Made by a program: the position numbers and the translations under genes
The notes under the pieces: generated by a model
The model's database searches: none
Told to the model about the DNA's origin: nothing
Seen by the model: only the letters and a program-made list of their open reading frames with translations
Part shown: one piece after another, positions 8,373 through 18,097 of the stretch
How the letters are laid out: each line of letters begins with the position of its first letter
How positions within the stretch are numbered: the stretch's first letter is position 1
NCBI GenBank assembly: GCA_030698765.1
Contig: JAUYMF010000104.1
Location: forward strand, 1-57,764
Reading direction: 5' to 3'
Origin: Dehalococcoidales bacterium
Lineage (GTDB): Bacteria > Chloroflexota > Dehalococcoidia > Dehalococcoidales > UBA2162
DNA: 57,764 nucleotides

Positions 8373-8747
8373 CTAGCAGTCCGGGGTATAGGTCACCCAG
8401 CTCTCGGGTGATTCCCATACCTCCACCGCGGAGAGAGAAGCCCCGTCTCCCGCCAGCCCCGGTTCAAGCTCCTTATAGATGGTGGCCGCGATATTTTCCG
8501 ATGACGGGTTTATCTTATCAAAGGGAGGCACGTCATTGAGACAGGCATGGTCAAAGCGGGACAGGATACCGGACAGATGCTGCTTCAGCACCGTGAAGTC
8601 ATAAGCCAGTCCAATATCATCAACACCGGCTGCGGTTACCTGTACCACCACCTTGTAACGGTGCCCGTGCAGCGCCTCACACTTCCCCTGGTAGCCCCTC
8701 AGGAAATGGGCGGCGTCAAAATGGTCTTCTACGGATACCCGGTACAT
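8373..8747 (-). CDS. queD: 6-pyruvoyl-tetrahydropterin / 6-carboxy-tetrahydropterin synthase family protein (QueD/PTPS)
   Basis: 124 aa. FDAAHFL...CEALHGHRYKV zinc/catalytic motif of the PTPS fold. Last gene of the folP-folK operon. Confidence 0.85.
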   Translation of the reverse strand: MYRVSVEDHFDAAHFLRGYQGKCEALHGHRYKVVVQVTAAGVDDIGLAYDFTVLKQHLSGILSRFDHACLNDVPPFDKINPSSENIAATIYKELEPGLAGDGASLSAVEVWESPESWVTYTPDC

Positions 8748-8756
8748 CGTGCCTTC

Positions 8757-9254
8757 TTAACTACCTCCCCATTTGAGCACGCCCTGCTTCTCGGTCACCG
8801 CCCGCAATAGCTCCCTGACCGTCTTGCCGCTTACCGGGTGCACCAGGTCAGGGGCAATCTCCGCCAGCGGAACCAGGACAAAAGCCCTTTCCGCCAGCCG
8901 GGGGTGGGGAATAACCAGCTCCGGGGTTTCAATAACCTGGTCGCCGTAGAACAGGATGTCAATGTCAATAGGGCGGGGGGCACCATGGGTATTCGGCGCT
9001 CTGCCCAGCTTGCGCTCAATACCCTTGGCCAGTGTCAGCAATGCCTCCGGCGCCAGCCTGGTATCCACCTGACACACCAGATTAAGGAAACGGGGCTGAT
9101 TGGTGTTCCCTACCGGCTCGGTATCGTATACCGACGATACCTTTCTTACCGGTAGCCTCTGTGAGAGCAGGTTCAACGCCAGATCCAGATTACCCTGGCG
9201 GTCTCCCAGGTTCGACCCCAGTCCCAGGTAGGCTGCTACCGGTTCAAAGCTCAT
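8757..9254 (-). CDS. folK: 2-amino-4-hydroxy-6-hydroxymethyldihydropteridine pyrophosphokinase
   Basis: AYLGLGSNLGDR...RPIDIDIL...PHPR HPPK motifs. The ORF extends to 9278, but MSFEPVAAYLGLGSN (start at 9254) fits the family N-terminus better. Confidence 0.88.
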   Translation of the reverse strand: MSFEPVAAYLGLGSNLGDRQGNLDLALNLLSQRLPVRKVSSVYDTEPVGNTNQPRFLNLVCQVDTRLAPEALLTLAKGIERKLGRAPNTHGAPRPIDIDILFYGDQVIETPELVIPHPRLAERAFVLVPLAEIAPDLVHPVSGKTVRELLRAVTEKQGVLKWGGS

Positions 9255-10104
9255 TTGTAACACCTCGCATAATAGCATCGCTCATCCGGGATACCCGCAC
9301 CATCTGCGCAACGTCATGGACGCGCACCATATCGGCGCCGTGGGCAATGCCGATAGCCACGGTAGCCGCGGTACCCTCGACACGCTGGTCAAGAGGCAGG
9401 TCCAGTGTCAGGCCAATCATCGATTTTCGTGATGTTCCCAGCAGGATAGGCCTGCCCAGGGATTTCAGTTCAGCCAGACGGCGGATGATTTCCAGGTTCT
9501 GCTTCAGGCTTTTACCGAAGCCAATGCCGGGGTCAATGATAATATTCTCACCGGGCACTCCGGCTTCCATCGCCTGCCTGATAGCCCTCGTCAAGTCAGC
9601 CACCAGCTCCGCCATTATATCCGGGCTGGGAGCGTCCCGCTGGTTGCTCATCAGGAGCAGCGGGACTCCCGCCGCGGCGGCGACCCGGGCAATATCCGGG
9701 TCACGCTTCAGGCCCCAGATATCGTTAATCATGTTAGCGCCCACCTCCACCGCCCGGCTGGCCACCTCCGATTTATAGGTATCGACACTTAACGGTACCG
9801 GTACCTCCCTGGCTAATCTGGCTATCGCCGGAACTACCAGGCGCAACTCTTCTTCAATACTCTCCGCGGATTTTGGCCTGGTGCCGGGGCGGGTTGATTC
9901 CCCACCAACATCTAAAATATCAGCCCCCTCCGCGACAAAACGCCGGGCCTGGGCAACAATGGCCTCGATATCATCACCCAGCCCGTCTCCGGAAAAGGAA
10001 TCCGGGCTGAGGTTGATGACCCCCATCACGTAGGTACGCTCCCCCCACCTGAACTCGGTATTACGGCAACGGGTGCCGGCTAGTGTCCGGCGGCTTTTCT
10101 CCAA
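9244..10104 (-). CDS. folP: Dihydropteroate synthase
   Basis: VMGVINLSPDSFSGDG...DVGGESTRPG...GTSRKS pterin-binding motifs. The start is uncertain: TTG at 10104 or ATG at 10026. Confidence 0.92.
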   Translation of the reverse strand: MEKSRRTLAGTRCRNTEFRWGERTYVMGVINLSPDSFSGDGLGDDIEAIVAQARRFVAEGADILDVGGESTRPGTRPKSAESIEEELRLVVPAIARLAREVPVPLSVDTYKSEVASRAVEVGANMINDIWGLKRDPDIARVAAAAGVPLLLMSNQRDAPSPDIMAELVADLTRAIRQAMEAGVPGENIIIDPGIGFGKSLKQNLEIIRRLAELKSLGRPILLGTSRKSMIGLTLDLPLDQRVEGTAATVAIGIAHGADMVRVHDVAQMVRVSRMSDAIMRGVTNEL

Positions 10105-10220
10105 CTTACGCCTTTCTTCTGAAAACTGACCATGGCAGCAGTGCTACTCCTATTCTAGCACAATTTTTGCCAATTTACCGCCACCTGCCGGATACTCTAA
10201 CCGAGAGTGTTTAACATCCG

Positions 10221-10250
10221 CCATTCCAGCCGGCGAAGCCCTCGCATGAC
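10221..10250. repeat. Degenerate family-A repeat remnant
   Basis: GGCGAAGCCCTCGCATGAC resembles GGGCTTCGCCCTCGCAATGAC at 1711-1731. Confidence 0.35.
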
Positions 10251-10362
10251 AAACCACTGTTAGACATCTTCCCCAACTCCGGTTTGCCCGTGAAAGTGAT
10301 AGTATGATACCATCTGGATGCTATTAACCTGAAAGCTCCGATACCAGGGAAAAGGAGGAAAT

Positions 10363-10704
10363 ATGGACTGCGTTTTCTGTCAGATTGCCGCCGGTGAAAT
10401 ACCGTCCAATATCCTTTACCGGGATGAAAGAATCGTCGTCTTTCCGGACATTAATCCCCTGGCGCCGGTACACCTGCTTATCATCCCCAGAAAGCACATC
10501 CCTTCTCTGGTCCAGCTTGCTGAAGAGGAATCTGGACTGGCCGGGGAAATGGTTGCCATCGCCAACCGGCTGGCCAGAGAGGAAGGTATCTCGGAAAGCG
10601 GCTACCGGCTGGTCATCAACTGCGGCCGGCAGGGTGGACAGGGGGTGCCCCATCTTCATCTGCACCTGCTCGGGGGACGCCAGCTCTCGAATGCGCTGGG
10701 CTAA
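10363..10704 (+). CDS. HIT-family (histidine triad) nucleotide hydrolase
   Basis: 113 aa. CVFCQI N-terminus and histidine triad HLHLHLLGG. GGAGG lies upstream. Confidence 0.92.
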   Translation: MDCVFCQIAAGEIPSNILYRDERIVVFPDINPLAPVHLLIIPRKHIPSLVQLAEEESGLAGEMVAIANRLAREEGISESGYRLVINCGRQGGQGVPHLHLHLLGGRQLSNALG

Positions 10705-10742
10705 ATCCGGCCGGGCTACCGCCCTCAGGCGTTACGGGTATC

Positions 10743-11279
10743 TCAGCGCCCTTTTTGACGCTCAAGAAAGGTAAACAGACCGGCGATACTCTTGGCATCA
10801 AAAATATTCCCCGAGGCGATAAGACCGGGAATCTGGCTAAGGGGGACCCGGCTTAAGCTGATTTCATCCGTATCCTCAGCATGCAGCGGGCTGGGAACGA
10901 GGTCAGTAGCCAGGTAAAGATAAAGGTATTCGCTGCTGTAGCCGGGGGCAAGGTAAAACCCGCCCAGCCTCTCCACTTTCCGCGGGAGGTAACCGGTCTC
11001 CTCACGCAGCTCACGGCGGACGGCGTCTGCCGGGTCTTCCCCGGGGTCAATACCACCGGCCGGTATCTCTACAAGCTCTTTTTCCACCGCCCTGCGGAAC
11101 TGATTGACCAGCAGAACATCATCATTAGCATCAACCGCCACAATAGCTACGCAGTCGCTACGCTCCACAATCTCTCGGGTCGTCTGCCGCCCATCAGGCA
11201 TCTGCACGGTATCAACCCGCAGCCTCAGCGCCCGCCCTTGATAAACCAGTTGGCTGGATAGCGGCTTTTCCTCAACCAA
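10743..11279 (-). CDS. NUDIX hydrolase (ADP-ribose pyrophosphatase-like)
   Basis: 178 aa. Nudix box GGIDPGEDPADAVRRELREETG. Confidence 0.88.
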   Translation of the reverse strand: MVEEKPLSSQLVYQGRALRLRVDTVQMPDGRQTTREIVERSDCVAIVAVDANDDVLLVNQFRRAVEKELVEIPAGGIDPGEDPADAVRRELREETGYLPRKVERLGGFYLAPGYSSEYLYLYLATDLVPSPLHAEDTDEISLSRVPLSQIPGLIASGNIFDAKSIAGLFTFLERQKGR

Positions 11280-11351
11280 GCTAAATCCTCCGTTAGCCGG
11301 ACCCTTGCCGGTCTCCGCTGAGCAAATATCGCCGACCTTCCGCCCGGTGAA

Positions 11352-11828
11352 TCATTGTTTGCCAGCGGTCTCTCCGGGCCGGTAGACGAGAGCTATTTCT
11401 TCGCAATTAGGGAACTGGGGACAACGGTAACATTCCGTCCAGACCTTCTGCGGCAGCTCCATCTTATCCACCTGTAAGAAGCCGAACCGCGAAAAGAAGG
11501 CGGGTTTGTAGGTCAGGCAAAATACGGTGGCGATACCAAGCTCCCCGGCTTCTTTAAGACAGGCGTCAATCAGCAGGTCGCCAACTCCCTTTCGCTGGCA
11601 TTCCTCAGCCACCGCCACTGACTTTATCTCGGCCAGGTCGAGCCAGTTGACATGCAAAGCCGCACAGGCAACTACCCGCTCGCCTTCCCTGACGACAAAG
11701 TAATCCCTGATATTTTCATATATCTCGCTCAAGGGGCGTGCCAGCATCTCACCCTTGTCAGCAAAATAATTAATCAACACGTGCATCTGGGCGGCATCAG
11801 TGATTCTAGCTTTTTCTACGCAATACAA
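11352..11828 (-). CDS. GNAT-family N-acetyltransferase
   Basis: 158 aa. Acetyl-CoA binding segment QRKGVGDLLIDACL. Cys-containing C-terminal tail CYRCPQFPNC. Confidence 0.8.
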   Translation of the reverse strand: MYCVEKARITDAAQMHVLINYFADKGEMLARPLSEIYENIRDYFVVREGERVVACAALHVNWLDLAEIKSVAVAEECQRKGVGDLLIDACLKEAGELGIATVFCLTYKPAFFSRFGFLQVDKMELPQKVWTECYRCPQFPNCEEIALVYRPGETAGKQ

Positions 11829-11829
11829 T

Positions 11830-12669
11830 CTAATGTTTCCCCTTCAATTTTTGCTCCAGGGAGGTGTAGAACGACGTTTCCGGATGAATCCTTAAAAACC
11901 GGACTTTCCGCGCGCTATGCCTCACCCTGACAATAGCTTTATCTGATAATTCCAGGTTGATATGACCGTCAATGCTGAGCGTCGCCGGGGCGGTAGTATC
12001 CACGCACAATTTAACCATGGCCGTTGATGATAACACCATGGTATATGCCAGACTGAGATGGGGTAATATCGGCACGAGCAGGAACTCCCTGGCCCGTGGG
12101 TTCAGGACGGGACCCCCGGCCGCCAGCGCGTAGCCGGTACTGCCCGTAGCCGTGGCCACAATTACCCCGTCAGCCCGATATGTGGTCAATACCTCCTCGT
12201 CAATACTGGCTTCGACATTGATCACCCTGGCTACCGCTCCCCGCGCCACGACCACATCATTCAGGGCATAAAAGGTACGGGGCGCTTCCTCCCCACCGTC
12301 CACCGGGGAAAGCTCCGCTTCCAGCAGAGACCGCTCGTCAATCCAGCCTTCACCGGACAGCAGGGCGGTCAGTTTTTCCTCGGCTTCGTCAATGCTAAGC
12401 TCGGTCATAAAACCCAGTTGACCCAGGTTTATCCCCACAATAGGGGTCAAGCCGGCGATTGCCAGCTGCGCCGCCCGCAAGATAGTGCCGTCCCCGCCAA
12501 TGGTGATAAACAAATCGGTATCAGCCACCTTAGCCCTGCCCGCTTCCTCCTCCCAGGCGGAAGATAACCAGACAGCCAGGTGCCTGGCGCCGAGAAACTC
12601 CTCCAGCCGCCGGGCCATGGTGCGGGCGGCTTCTCTCATGGGATGGTAGAGTATTCCAATCCTTTTCAT
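11830..12669 (-). CDS. nadK: NAD(+) kinase
   Basis: 279 aa. GGDGT motif (ITIGGDGTILRAA) and TGSTGYALAAGGP motif. Confidence 0.93.
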   Translation of the reverse strand: MKRIGILYHPMREAARTMARRLEEFLGARHLAVWLSSAWEEEAGRAKVADTDLFITIGGDGTILRAAQLAIAGLTPIVGINLGQLGFMTELSIDEAEEKLTALLSGEGWIDERSLLEAELSPVDGGEEAPRTFYALNDVVVARGAVARVINVEASIDEEVLTTYRADGVIVATATGSTGYALAAGGPVLNPRAREFLLVPILPHLSLAYTMVLSSTAMVKLCVDTTAPATLSIDGHINLELSDKAIVRVRHSARKVRFLRIHPETSFYTSLEQKLKGKH

Positions 12670-12823
12670 AACTATAACCGGTTGACCGGCAGGGACTAAC
12701 GCTACCCTGAAACCCGGTAAGGTACGCTAACGCTAAACACGAGACAATTATAGCGCTCCGGATAGCTGCTAGTAAAGTCAGGCGTGATTTTTAGGTTCTG
12801 TTTGTATTTGGTTGGTTTTATTT

Positions 12824-12959
12824 GTCATTGCGAGCGCAGTGAAGCAATCCGCTCCCCGGACTACGGATTGCTTCGCCCTCGGGACTTCGGCGTGAGCTCA
12901 GTCGAACGCTGAACTCGGGCTGAAGCCTTCCGCCTGCGGCGGAATGGTCTCGCAATGAC
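12824..12959. repeat. Full-length family-A nested-palindrome intergenic repeat (136 bp)
   Basis: Perfect 11-bp termini GTCATTGCGAG / CTCGCAATGAC. Perfect inner stem GAAGCAATCCG...CGGATTGCTTC. The flanks also show partial inverted symmetry (GGTTGGTTTTATT / CCAACCAAAACC). Confidence 0.75.
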
Positions 12960-12999
12960 ACCGCCAACCAAAACCGAATAAAACCCTTTTTTATGTCAC

Positions 13000-13028
13000 T
13001 TGCTTTAACTGGTTGGTTATGTTAGTAT
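13000..13028 (+). promoter_or_regulatory. Candidate promoter for recA
   Basis: TTGCTT-17 nt-TAGTAT ends 15 nt before the recA ATG. This implies a very short leader without an SD. Confidence 0.5.
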
Positions 13029-13043
13029 TTTTTTGAGACGAGC

Positions 13044-14072
13044 ATGACCACGGAAAAAGGAAAAGCACTAGAACTAGCGATTAGCCAGATTGAAAAGAGG
13101 TTTGGCAAAGGCTCAATCATGAAATTGGGTGAGTCGGTTGTCATGTCACCGGTGGAGGCTATTCCCAGTGGTTCACTATCATTAGACCTGGCCCTAGGAA
13201 TAGGGGGTATCCCCAGAGGGCGGATTACGGAAATTTTTGGCCCTGAAGCATCAGGTAAGACTACCCTGGGGCAGCACATAATTGCAGAAGCGCAGAAACG
13301 GGGGGGTATCGCGGCTTATATCGATGTTGAGCACGCTCTGGACCCGTCCTACGCCAGGCGCTGCGGGGTAAATGTTGATGAGATGCTGATATCCCAACCG
13401 GATACCGGGGAGCAGGCTTTGGAGATTGCCGAAGCGCTGGTCAGGAGCGGGGCTGTTGAGATAATTGTCGTCGATAGCGTCGCCGCCCTGGTACCCCAGG
13501 CTGAAATTGAGGGGGAGATGGGGGATACTCATGTTGCCTTGCAAGCCCGCCTGATGTCACAGGCCCTAAGAAAGCTGACGTCCACCATCAGCAAAGCAGG
13601 AACCGCGGTAATATTCATCAACCAGCTACGAGAGAAGGTCGGTATTGTCTTCGGTAATCCTGAGGTGACACCCGGTGGCCGGGCGCTCAAGTTCTACAGT
13701 TCAGTAAGAATAGATTTAAGGCGTACTGACACCATCAAGCAAGGTAACGAAATGATAGGAACTCATGTTAAAGCCAAGATAGTCAAGAACAAGGTCGCAC
13801 CTCCCTTCAGAAGCGCCGAATTTGACATCATGTTTGACCATGGAATAAGCCGGGAGGGTGATATTCTGGACCTTGGTGTAGAGCTGGGGCTAGTTAGCAA
13901 GTCTGGTGCCTTTTTCTCTTTTGGTGACACTCGCCTCGGGCAAGGCAGGGAGAATGCCAAGCAATTCCTGTCTCAAAACCCGGAACTTGCCCAGGAGATT
14001 GGCCAGCAGATTAAAGCCTCAGCAATCAGCAACCACGCTCCTTCAGGCAATAATTCAAATAACAAGAATTGA
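13044..14072 (+). CDS. recA: Recombinase RecA
   Basis: 342 aa. Walker [10 protein letters not shown] and canonical RecA core ([25 protein letters not shown]). Confidence 0.98.
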   Translation: MTTEKGKALELAISQIEKRFGKGSIMKLGESVVMSPVEAIPSGSLSLDLALGIGGIPRGRITEIFGPEASGKTTLGQHIIAEAQKRGGIAAYIDVEHALDPSYARRCGVNVDEMLISQPDTGEQALEIAEALVRSGAVEIIVVDSVAALVPQAEIEGEMGDTHVALQARLMSQALRKLTSTISKAGTAVIFINQLREKVGIVFGNPEVTPGGRALKFYSSVRIDLRRTDTIKQGNEMIGTHVKAKIVKNKVAPPFRSAEFDIMFDHGISREGDILDLGVELGLVSKSGAFFSFGDTRLGQGRENAKQFLSQNPELAQEIGQQIKASAISNHAPSGNNSNNKN

Positions 14073-14125
14073 ACTTCAAGAGCTAAATTCACAGTCCAAT
14101 CAATAACTGAAAACTGAATATTTGT

Positions 14126-14161
14126 AGAGCTGAGGCATATTTCCTCAGCTCTATTTGTTTT
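14126..14161 (+). terminator. Rho-independent terminator after recA
   Basis: AGAGCTGAGG-catattt-CCTCAGCTCT, a 10-bp perfect stem, followed by ATTTGTTTT. Confidence 0.75.
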
Positions 14162-14179
14162 AGGAGAGGTGCCAGGTCA

Positions 14180-14815
14180 ATGCGCGAAATCACGGCTCTC
14201 CATAGCAGGAAAGACCGGGGGGGGAGGGTAAATATATTTCTGGACGGCAAATATGCCTTCAGTTTAGCCGCCGAGGTGGTGGCTCAGGAGGGGCTGCAGG
14301 TTAAGCAGGCATTATCGGCTGACCGGATTGAAGCATTGACCGGGGCTGACCGCCGGCAGCGTTGCCTCAATGCTGCCCTTCACTATCTCAGTTACCGGCC
14401 CCGCAGTGAGAGCGAGTTGAGAGAAAAACTCCGCCAGCGCGGTTTTACTGAGGATACCCGGGAAACGGTAATCTCCAGGTTAAAGACACAGGGACTGGGC
14501 GATGATATGGCTTTTGCTCAATTCTGGAAGGATAACCGGGAAACGTTTAACCCGCGCAGCCGGAGGCTGACCGTAATGGAGCTCAGGCGGAAAGGCATCG
14601 CCGATGATATAATAAACCAGGTGATTGATACCATTGACGATGAAGAGAGCGCCTACCAGGCAGCCCTGAGCAGAGTTTACCGTTTACCTCAGTCCGATTA
14701 TCAGGGCTTTTCCCGGCGACTGGGCGGGTTCCTGAAGAGACGCGGATTCGATTACGAGGTGATAAACCATACCGTGAAACGGCTATGGCAAGAAACAAGT
14801 GACAACTCCTTATAG
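14180..14815 (+). CDS. recX: Recombination regulator RecX
   Basis: 211 aa. Position immediately after recA. RecX-type three-repeat helical pattern (LSYRPRSESELREKL..., FAQFW). Confidence 0.85.
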   Translation: MREITALHSRKDRGGRVNIFLDGKYAFSLAAEVVAQEGLQVKQALSADRIEALTGADRRQRCLNAALHYLSYRPRSESELREKLRQRGFTEDTRETVISRLKTQGLGDDMAFAQFWKDNRETFNPRSRRLTVMELRRKGIADDIINQVIDTIDDEESAYQAALSRVYRLPQSDYQGFSRRLGGFLKRRGFDYEVINHTVKRLWQETSDNSL

Positions 14816-14860
14816 ATAGGTGTATTTGCTCTTACTTAAAATCAGAAAGCGAGGTGAAAA

Positions 14861-16399
14861 ATGCAAACAATTACCGTGTTACTAATAATCTCTGTTTTTG
14901 TTATCGGGGTGATACTGGGGGGGGCCTCTGTCTTTTTTGCCCGGCAGATGGTCATTAACCGCCAGCTCCGTAACGCGCAGAGGAAGGCCGCCAGGACAGT
15001 GGCCGAAGCCAGGAATGAAGCCCGGGAAATTATTAACGAATCCAAAGCGGAGGTAGATAAAGCTATAGCAGCCAATGATTCCGAATACCGTGAAAGGCGC
15101 ACGGAACTACAGCGTCAGGAAAGCCGCCTCTCCAACAAGATAGAAACACTGGACCGCAGGCTGGAAAGCATTGAACAGCGTGAACGTAACCTGATCAACA
15201 AGGAAAAGAGTATCGATGCCATTCGTGCCGACCTCAATTCGATCAAAGACAAGCAGCTAAAGCAGCTGGAGATGGTTTCGGGCATGACCAGCAATGAGGC
15301 CAAGCAGTTTTTGCTGGAGAAGATAGAGGTTGAAATCCGGGATGAAAGTTCCCGGCGACTTCGGGACTGGGAAGAAAAGCTGAAAGAGGAATCTAATAAG
15401 AAAGCCCAGGAAATTTTATCCCAGGCCATCCAGCGTTCCGCTTCTGAAGTGGTATCGGAAACATCGGTAGTCAGTGTTCCGCTGCCCAGCGATGAGATGA
15501 AGGGCCGGCTCATCGGGCGGGAGGGCCGCAACATCCGGGCACTGGAGCAGGCGACCGGTGTCGACCTGATTATTGACGATACACCGGAAGCGGTGACTCT
15601 TTCCAGTTTCGACCCGGTAAGACGGGAAATAGCCCGCTTAGCCTTAAACAAGCTCATCATTGACGGCCGTATTCACCCGGCACGCATCGAGGAGGTGGTA
15701 GCCAAGACCAGGGAAGAAATAGAGGCCACCATGTACAGCGCCGGCGAGCAGGCGGCTTACGAGGTAGGAGTGCACGGACTACGCCCGGAGCTAATCAGAT
15801 TACTGGGTCGCCTCAAGTACCGCACCAGCTATGGACAGAATGTTCTCACCCATAGCATCGAGGTTGCTTATCTGGCCAGTATGATTGCCGCCGAACTGGA
15901 GGCTGATGTCAATATCGCCAAGAGGGCCGGACTGCTGCATGACATCGGGAAGGCGATAGACCGTGAGGTAGAAGGCACGCATACAGCTATCGGGGCGGAC
16001 CTGGTAAAGCAATGGGACAAGTCCCCCGAGGTTATTCAGGGTATCGTCGAACATCACCTTGAGACCAGCAATGTCAGCATCTGGGGCTATATCATATCAG
16101 CGGCTGACGCCATCAGCAGTGCCCGGCCGGGAGCCAGGCGCGAGTCATTAGAGAACTACCTGAAACGGCTGCGGGCGCTGGAGGACATCGCCAATAACTT
16201 TAAGGGAGTAGAAAAGTCTTTTGCCATTCAGGCCGGGCGTGAAATCCGCATTTTAGTCAAGCCTGAAGAGGTTGACGACCTGGGAGCGATGAGGCTGGCC
16301 CGGGATATCGTCAAGAAAATAGAGGAGGGTCTGGAGTACCCGGGGCAAATCAAGGTTATCGTTGTCCGGGAAACCAGAGCCGTAGACTTCGCTAAATAG
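14861..16399 (+). CDS. rny: Ribonuclease Y
   Basis: 512 aa. N-terminal TM helix, coiled coil, KH domain ([15 protein letters not shown]), HD domain (LLHDIGKA). Confidence 0.96.
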   Translation: MQTITVLLIISVFVIGVILGGASVFFARQMVINRQLRNAQRKAARTVAEARNEAREIINESKAEVDKAIAANDSEYRERRTELQRQESRLSNKIETLDRRLESIEQRERNLINKEKSIDAIRADLNSIKDKQLKQLEMVSGMTSNEAKQFLLEKIEVEIRDESSRRLRDWEEKLKEESNKKAQEILSQAIQRSASEVVSETSVVSVPLPSDEMKGRLIGREGRNIRALEQATGVDLIIDDTPEAVTLSSFDPVRREIARLALNKLIIDGRIHPARIEEVVAKTREEIEATMYSAGEQAAYEVGVHGLRPELIRLLGRLKYRTSYGQNVLTHSIEVAYLASMIAAELEADVNIAKRAGLLHDIGKAIDREVEGTHTAIGADLVKQWDKSPEVIQGIVEHHLETSNVSIWGYIISAADAISSARPGARRESLENYLKRLRALEDIANNFKGVEKSFAIQAGREIRILVKPEEVDDLGAMRLARDIVKKIEEGLEYPGQIKVIVVRETRAVDFAK

Positions 16400-16460
16400 G
16401 AGGTAAAGGTACGGGGGTAACCGTCAGCTATGACCTGGTGTTGTCCTCTGCTGGAGCATC

Positions 16461-17231
16461 GTGTTAATTCTAGCCATTGGTGATATAATCGGCAGGCCCG
16501 GCAGGCAAGCCGTAAATAAGCTCTTACCGGAGCTGCACAGGCGACACAAGTTTGACCTGGTTATCGCCAACGCCGAGAATATTGCCGGCGGCATAGGGGT
16601 GACACCACTGACGGCCAGAGAGTTGCTTGACGCCGGCGTTGACGTACTTACCTCAGGCAACCACATCTGGGCGCAAAAAGAAATCATTCCTTACCTTGAT
16701 GATGAAAATATGCCTCTTTTACGCCCGCTGAACTATCCGCCGGGGGTACCGGGGAGGGGCTATCTCATCAAGAAGGATATTATGGTGGTCAATCTTATCG
16801 GAAGGACTTTCATCGGCAACTTCGATTGTCCATTCCGGGGCATGGATAAATTGCTGGCGGAGCTTAACCCCAGACCGCCGGTAATTATTGTTGACTTTCA
16901 CGCCGAAGCAACATCAGAAAAGATGGCGCTGGGGAGATACCTGGATGGCAGGGTCAGCGCCGTGCTGGGCACACATACCCATGTCGGCACCATTGACGCC
17001 CAGCTGTTTCCCAGAGGCACCGCCTATGTCACCGATATCGGCATGACCGGCCCGGTTGACTCGGTTATCGGTGATGATACTGAATCAGTACTGCAGCGTT
17101 TCCTCAGCTCCATACACAACCGTCTATCCGTAGCTCAGGGTAAAGTAATGTTCAACGCGGTACTGGTTGAGATAGACAAAAAGAGCGGTAAAGCGACCCG
17201 TATCGACCGCGTCTACCAGGAGGTGGAATAA
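16461..17231 (+). CDS. ymdB: YmdB-family metallophosphoesterase (TIGR00282-like)
   Basis: 256 aa. ILAIGDIIGRPG...ANAENIAGG...GNHIW...DFHAEATSEK motifs. Conserved position after rny. GTG start with GGAG upstream. Confidence 0.9.
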   Translation: MLILAIGDIIGRPGRQAVNKLLPELHRRHKFDLVIANAENIAGGIGVTPLTARELLDAGVDVLTSGNHIWAQKEIIPYLDDENMPLLRPLNYPPGVPGRGYLIKKDIMVVNLIGRTFIGNFDCPFRGMDKLLAELNPRPPVIIVDFHAEATSEKMALGRYLDGRVSAVLGTHTHVGTIDAQLFPRGTAYVTDIGMTGPVDSVIGDDTESVLQRFLSSIHNRLSVAQGKVMFNAVLVEIDKKSGKATRIDRVYQEVE

Positions 17232-18097
17232 TGTCCCAGGTTGACCTCCACATCCATTCCACAGTATCCGATGGCACCTTGAGCCCGGCGGAAGTGGTCA
17301 GTAGAGCCGCTGAGGCCGGGCTAACCGTTATCGCCCTGGCGGACCACGATAACCTTGACGGCATTGCCCCCGCCCTGGAAGCGGCCAGAAGTTTCCCTCA
17401 GCTAACCGTGATACCTGGTGTTGAGATCAGCGCCGACATTGCCACCGGCGAGGCTCATGTTCTGGGCTATTTTATAGATTATACTCACCCCGAGTTGTGC
17501 GACGCTCTGCAGACATTACGCGATTCCCGCCTGGAACGGGCACAGCAAATGATTGCCAAACTGGGGAGGTTAGGTCTGCCCGTTGAGTGGGAGCGTGTCA
17601 GGGAAATCGCCGGCAGCGGCTCCGTCGGCCGTCCCCACATCGCCCAGGCGATGCTGGAGAAAGGCTACATATCTTCCATGAAGGAGGCGTTTTCCGGCTA
17701 TCTCGGCTGGGGCAAGCCGGCCTATGTCTCACGAAAAAAGATGAGCCCCGCGGAACTGGTAAAACTGATACTGCGGGCGGGCGGCGTGCCGGTGCTGGCA
17801 CACCCGCTTACCCTTAATGAACCGGAGGCGCTGATTGTTGAACTGAAAGCCCACGGCCTGGCCGGTATCGAAGCTTACTATAACAATTACACCCCTGAAG
17901 AAATCAACCGACTGGTGACGCTGGCTGACCAGCACGGCCTTATCGCCACCGGCGGCAGCGATTACCACGGGCTGGACAACAGCACCGAGACCATGATCGG
18001 CGGGGCTGATGTCCCCATCACCGTGGCCGAGAAACTCTTTGCTTTAGACCAGGCCACCAGGCGGTCAAGTCAGCCAAGCCGTAACCAGAAAAAGTAA
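17231..18097 (+). CDS. PHP-domain phosphoesterase (TrpH/YciV-like)
   Basis: 288 aa. DLHIHSTVSDG N-terminus, ALADHD, and GGSDYHG near the C-terminus. The start overlaps the ymdB stop (TAATG). Confidence 0.88.
   Translation: MSQVDLHIHSTVSDGTLSPAEVVSRAAEAGLTVIALADHDNLDGIAPALEAARSFPQLTVIPGVEISADIATGEAHVLGYFIDYTHPELCDALQTLRDSRLERAQQMIAKLGRLGLPVEWERVREIAGSGSVGRPHIAQAMLEKGYISSMKEAFSGYLGWGKPAYVSRKKMSPAELVKLILRAGGVPVLAHPLTLNEPEALIVELKAHGLAGIEAYYNNYTPEEINRLVTLADQHGLIATGGSDYHGLDNSTETMIGGADVPITVAEKLFALDQATRRSSQPSRNQKK

Noticed and set aside
12960-13043. SOS (LexA) box upstream of recA.
   Set aside because: I found no CGAAC-N4-GTTCG/GAAC-N4-GTTC-type palindrome or CTGT-N8-ACAG between the repeat element and the recA start. 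The only GAAC strings lie inside the family-A repeat body.
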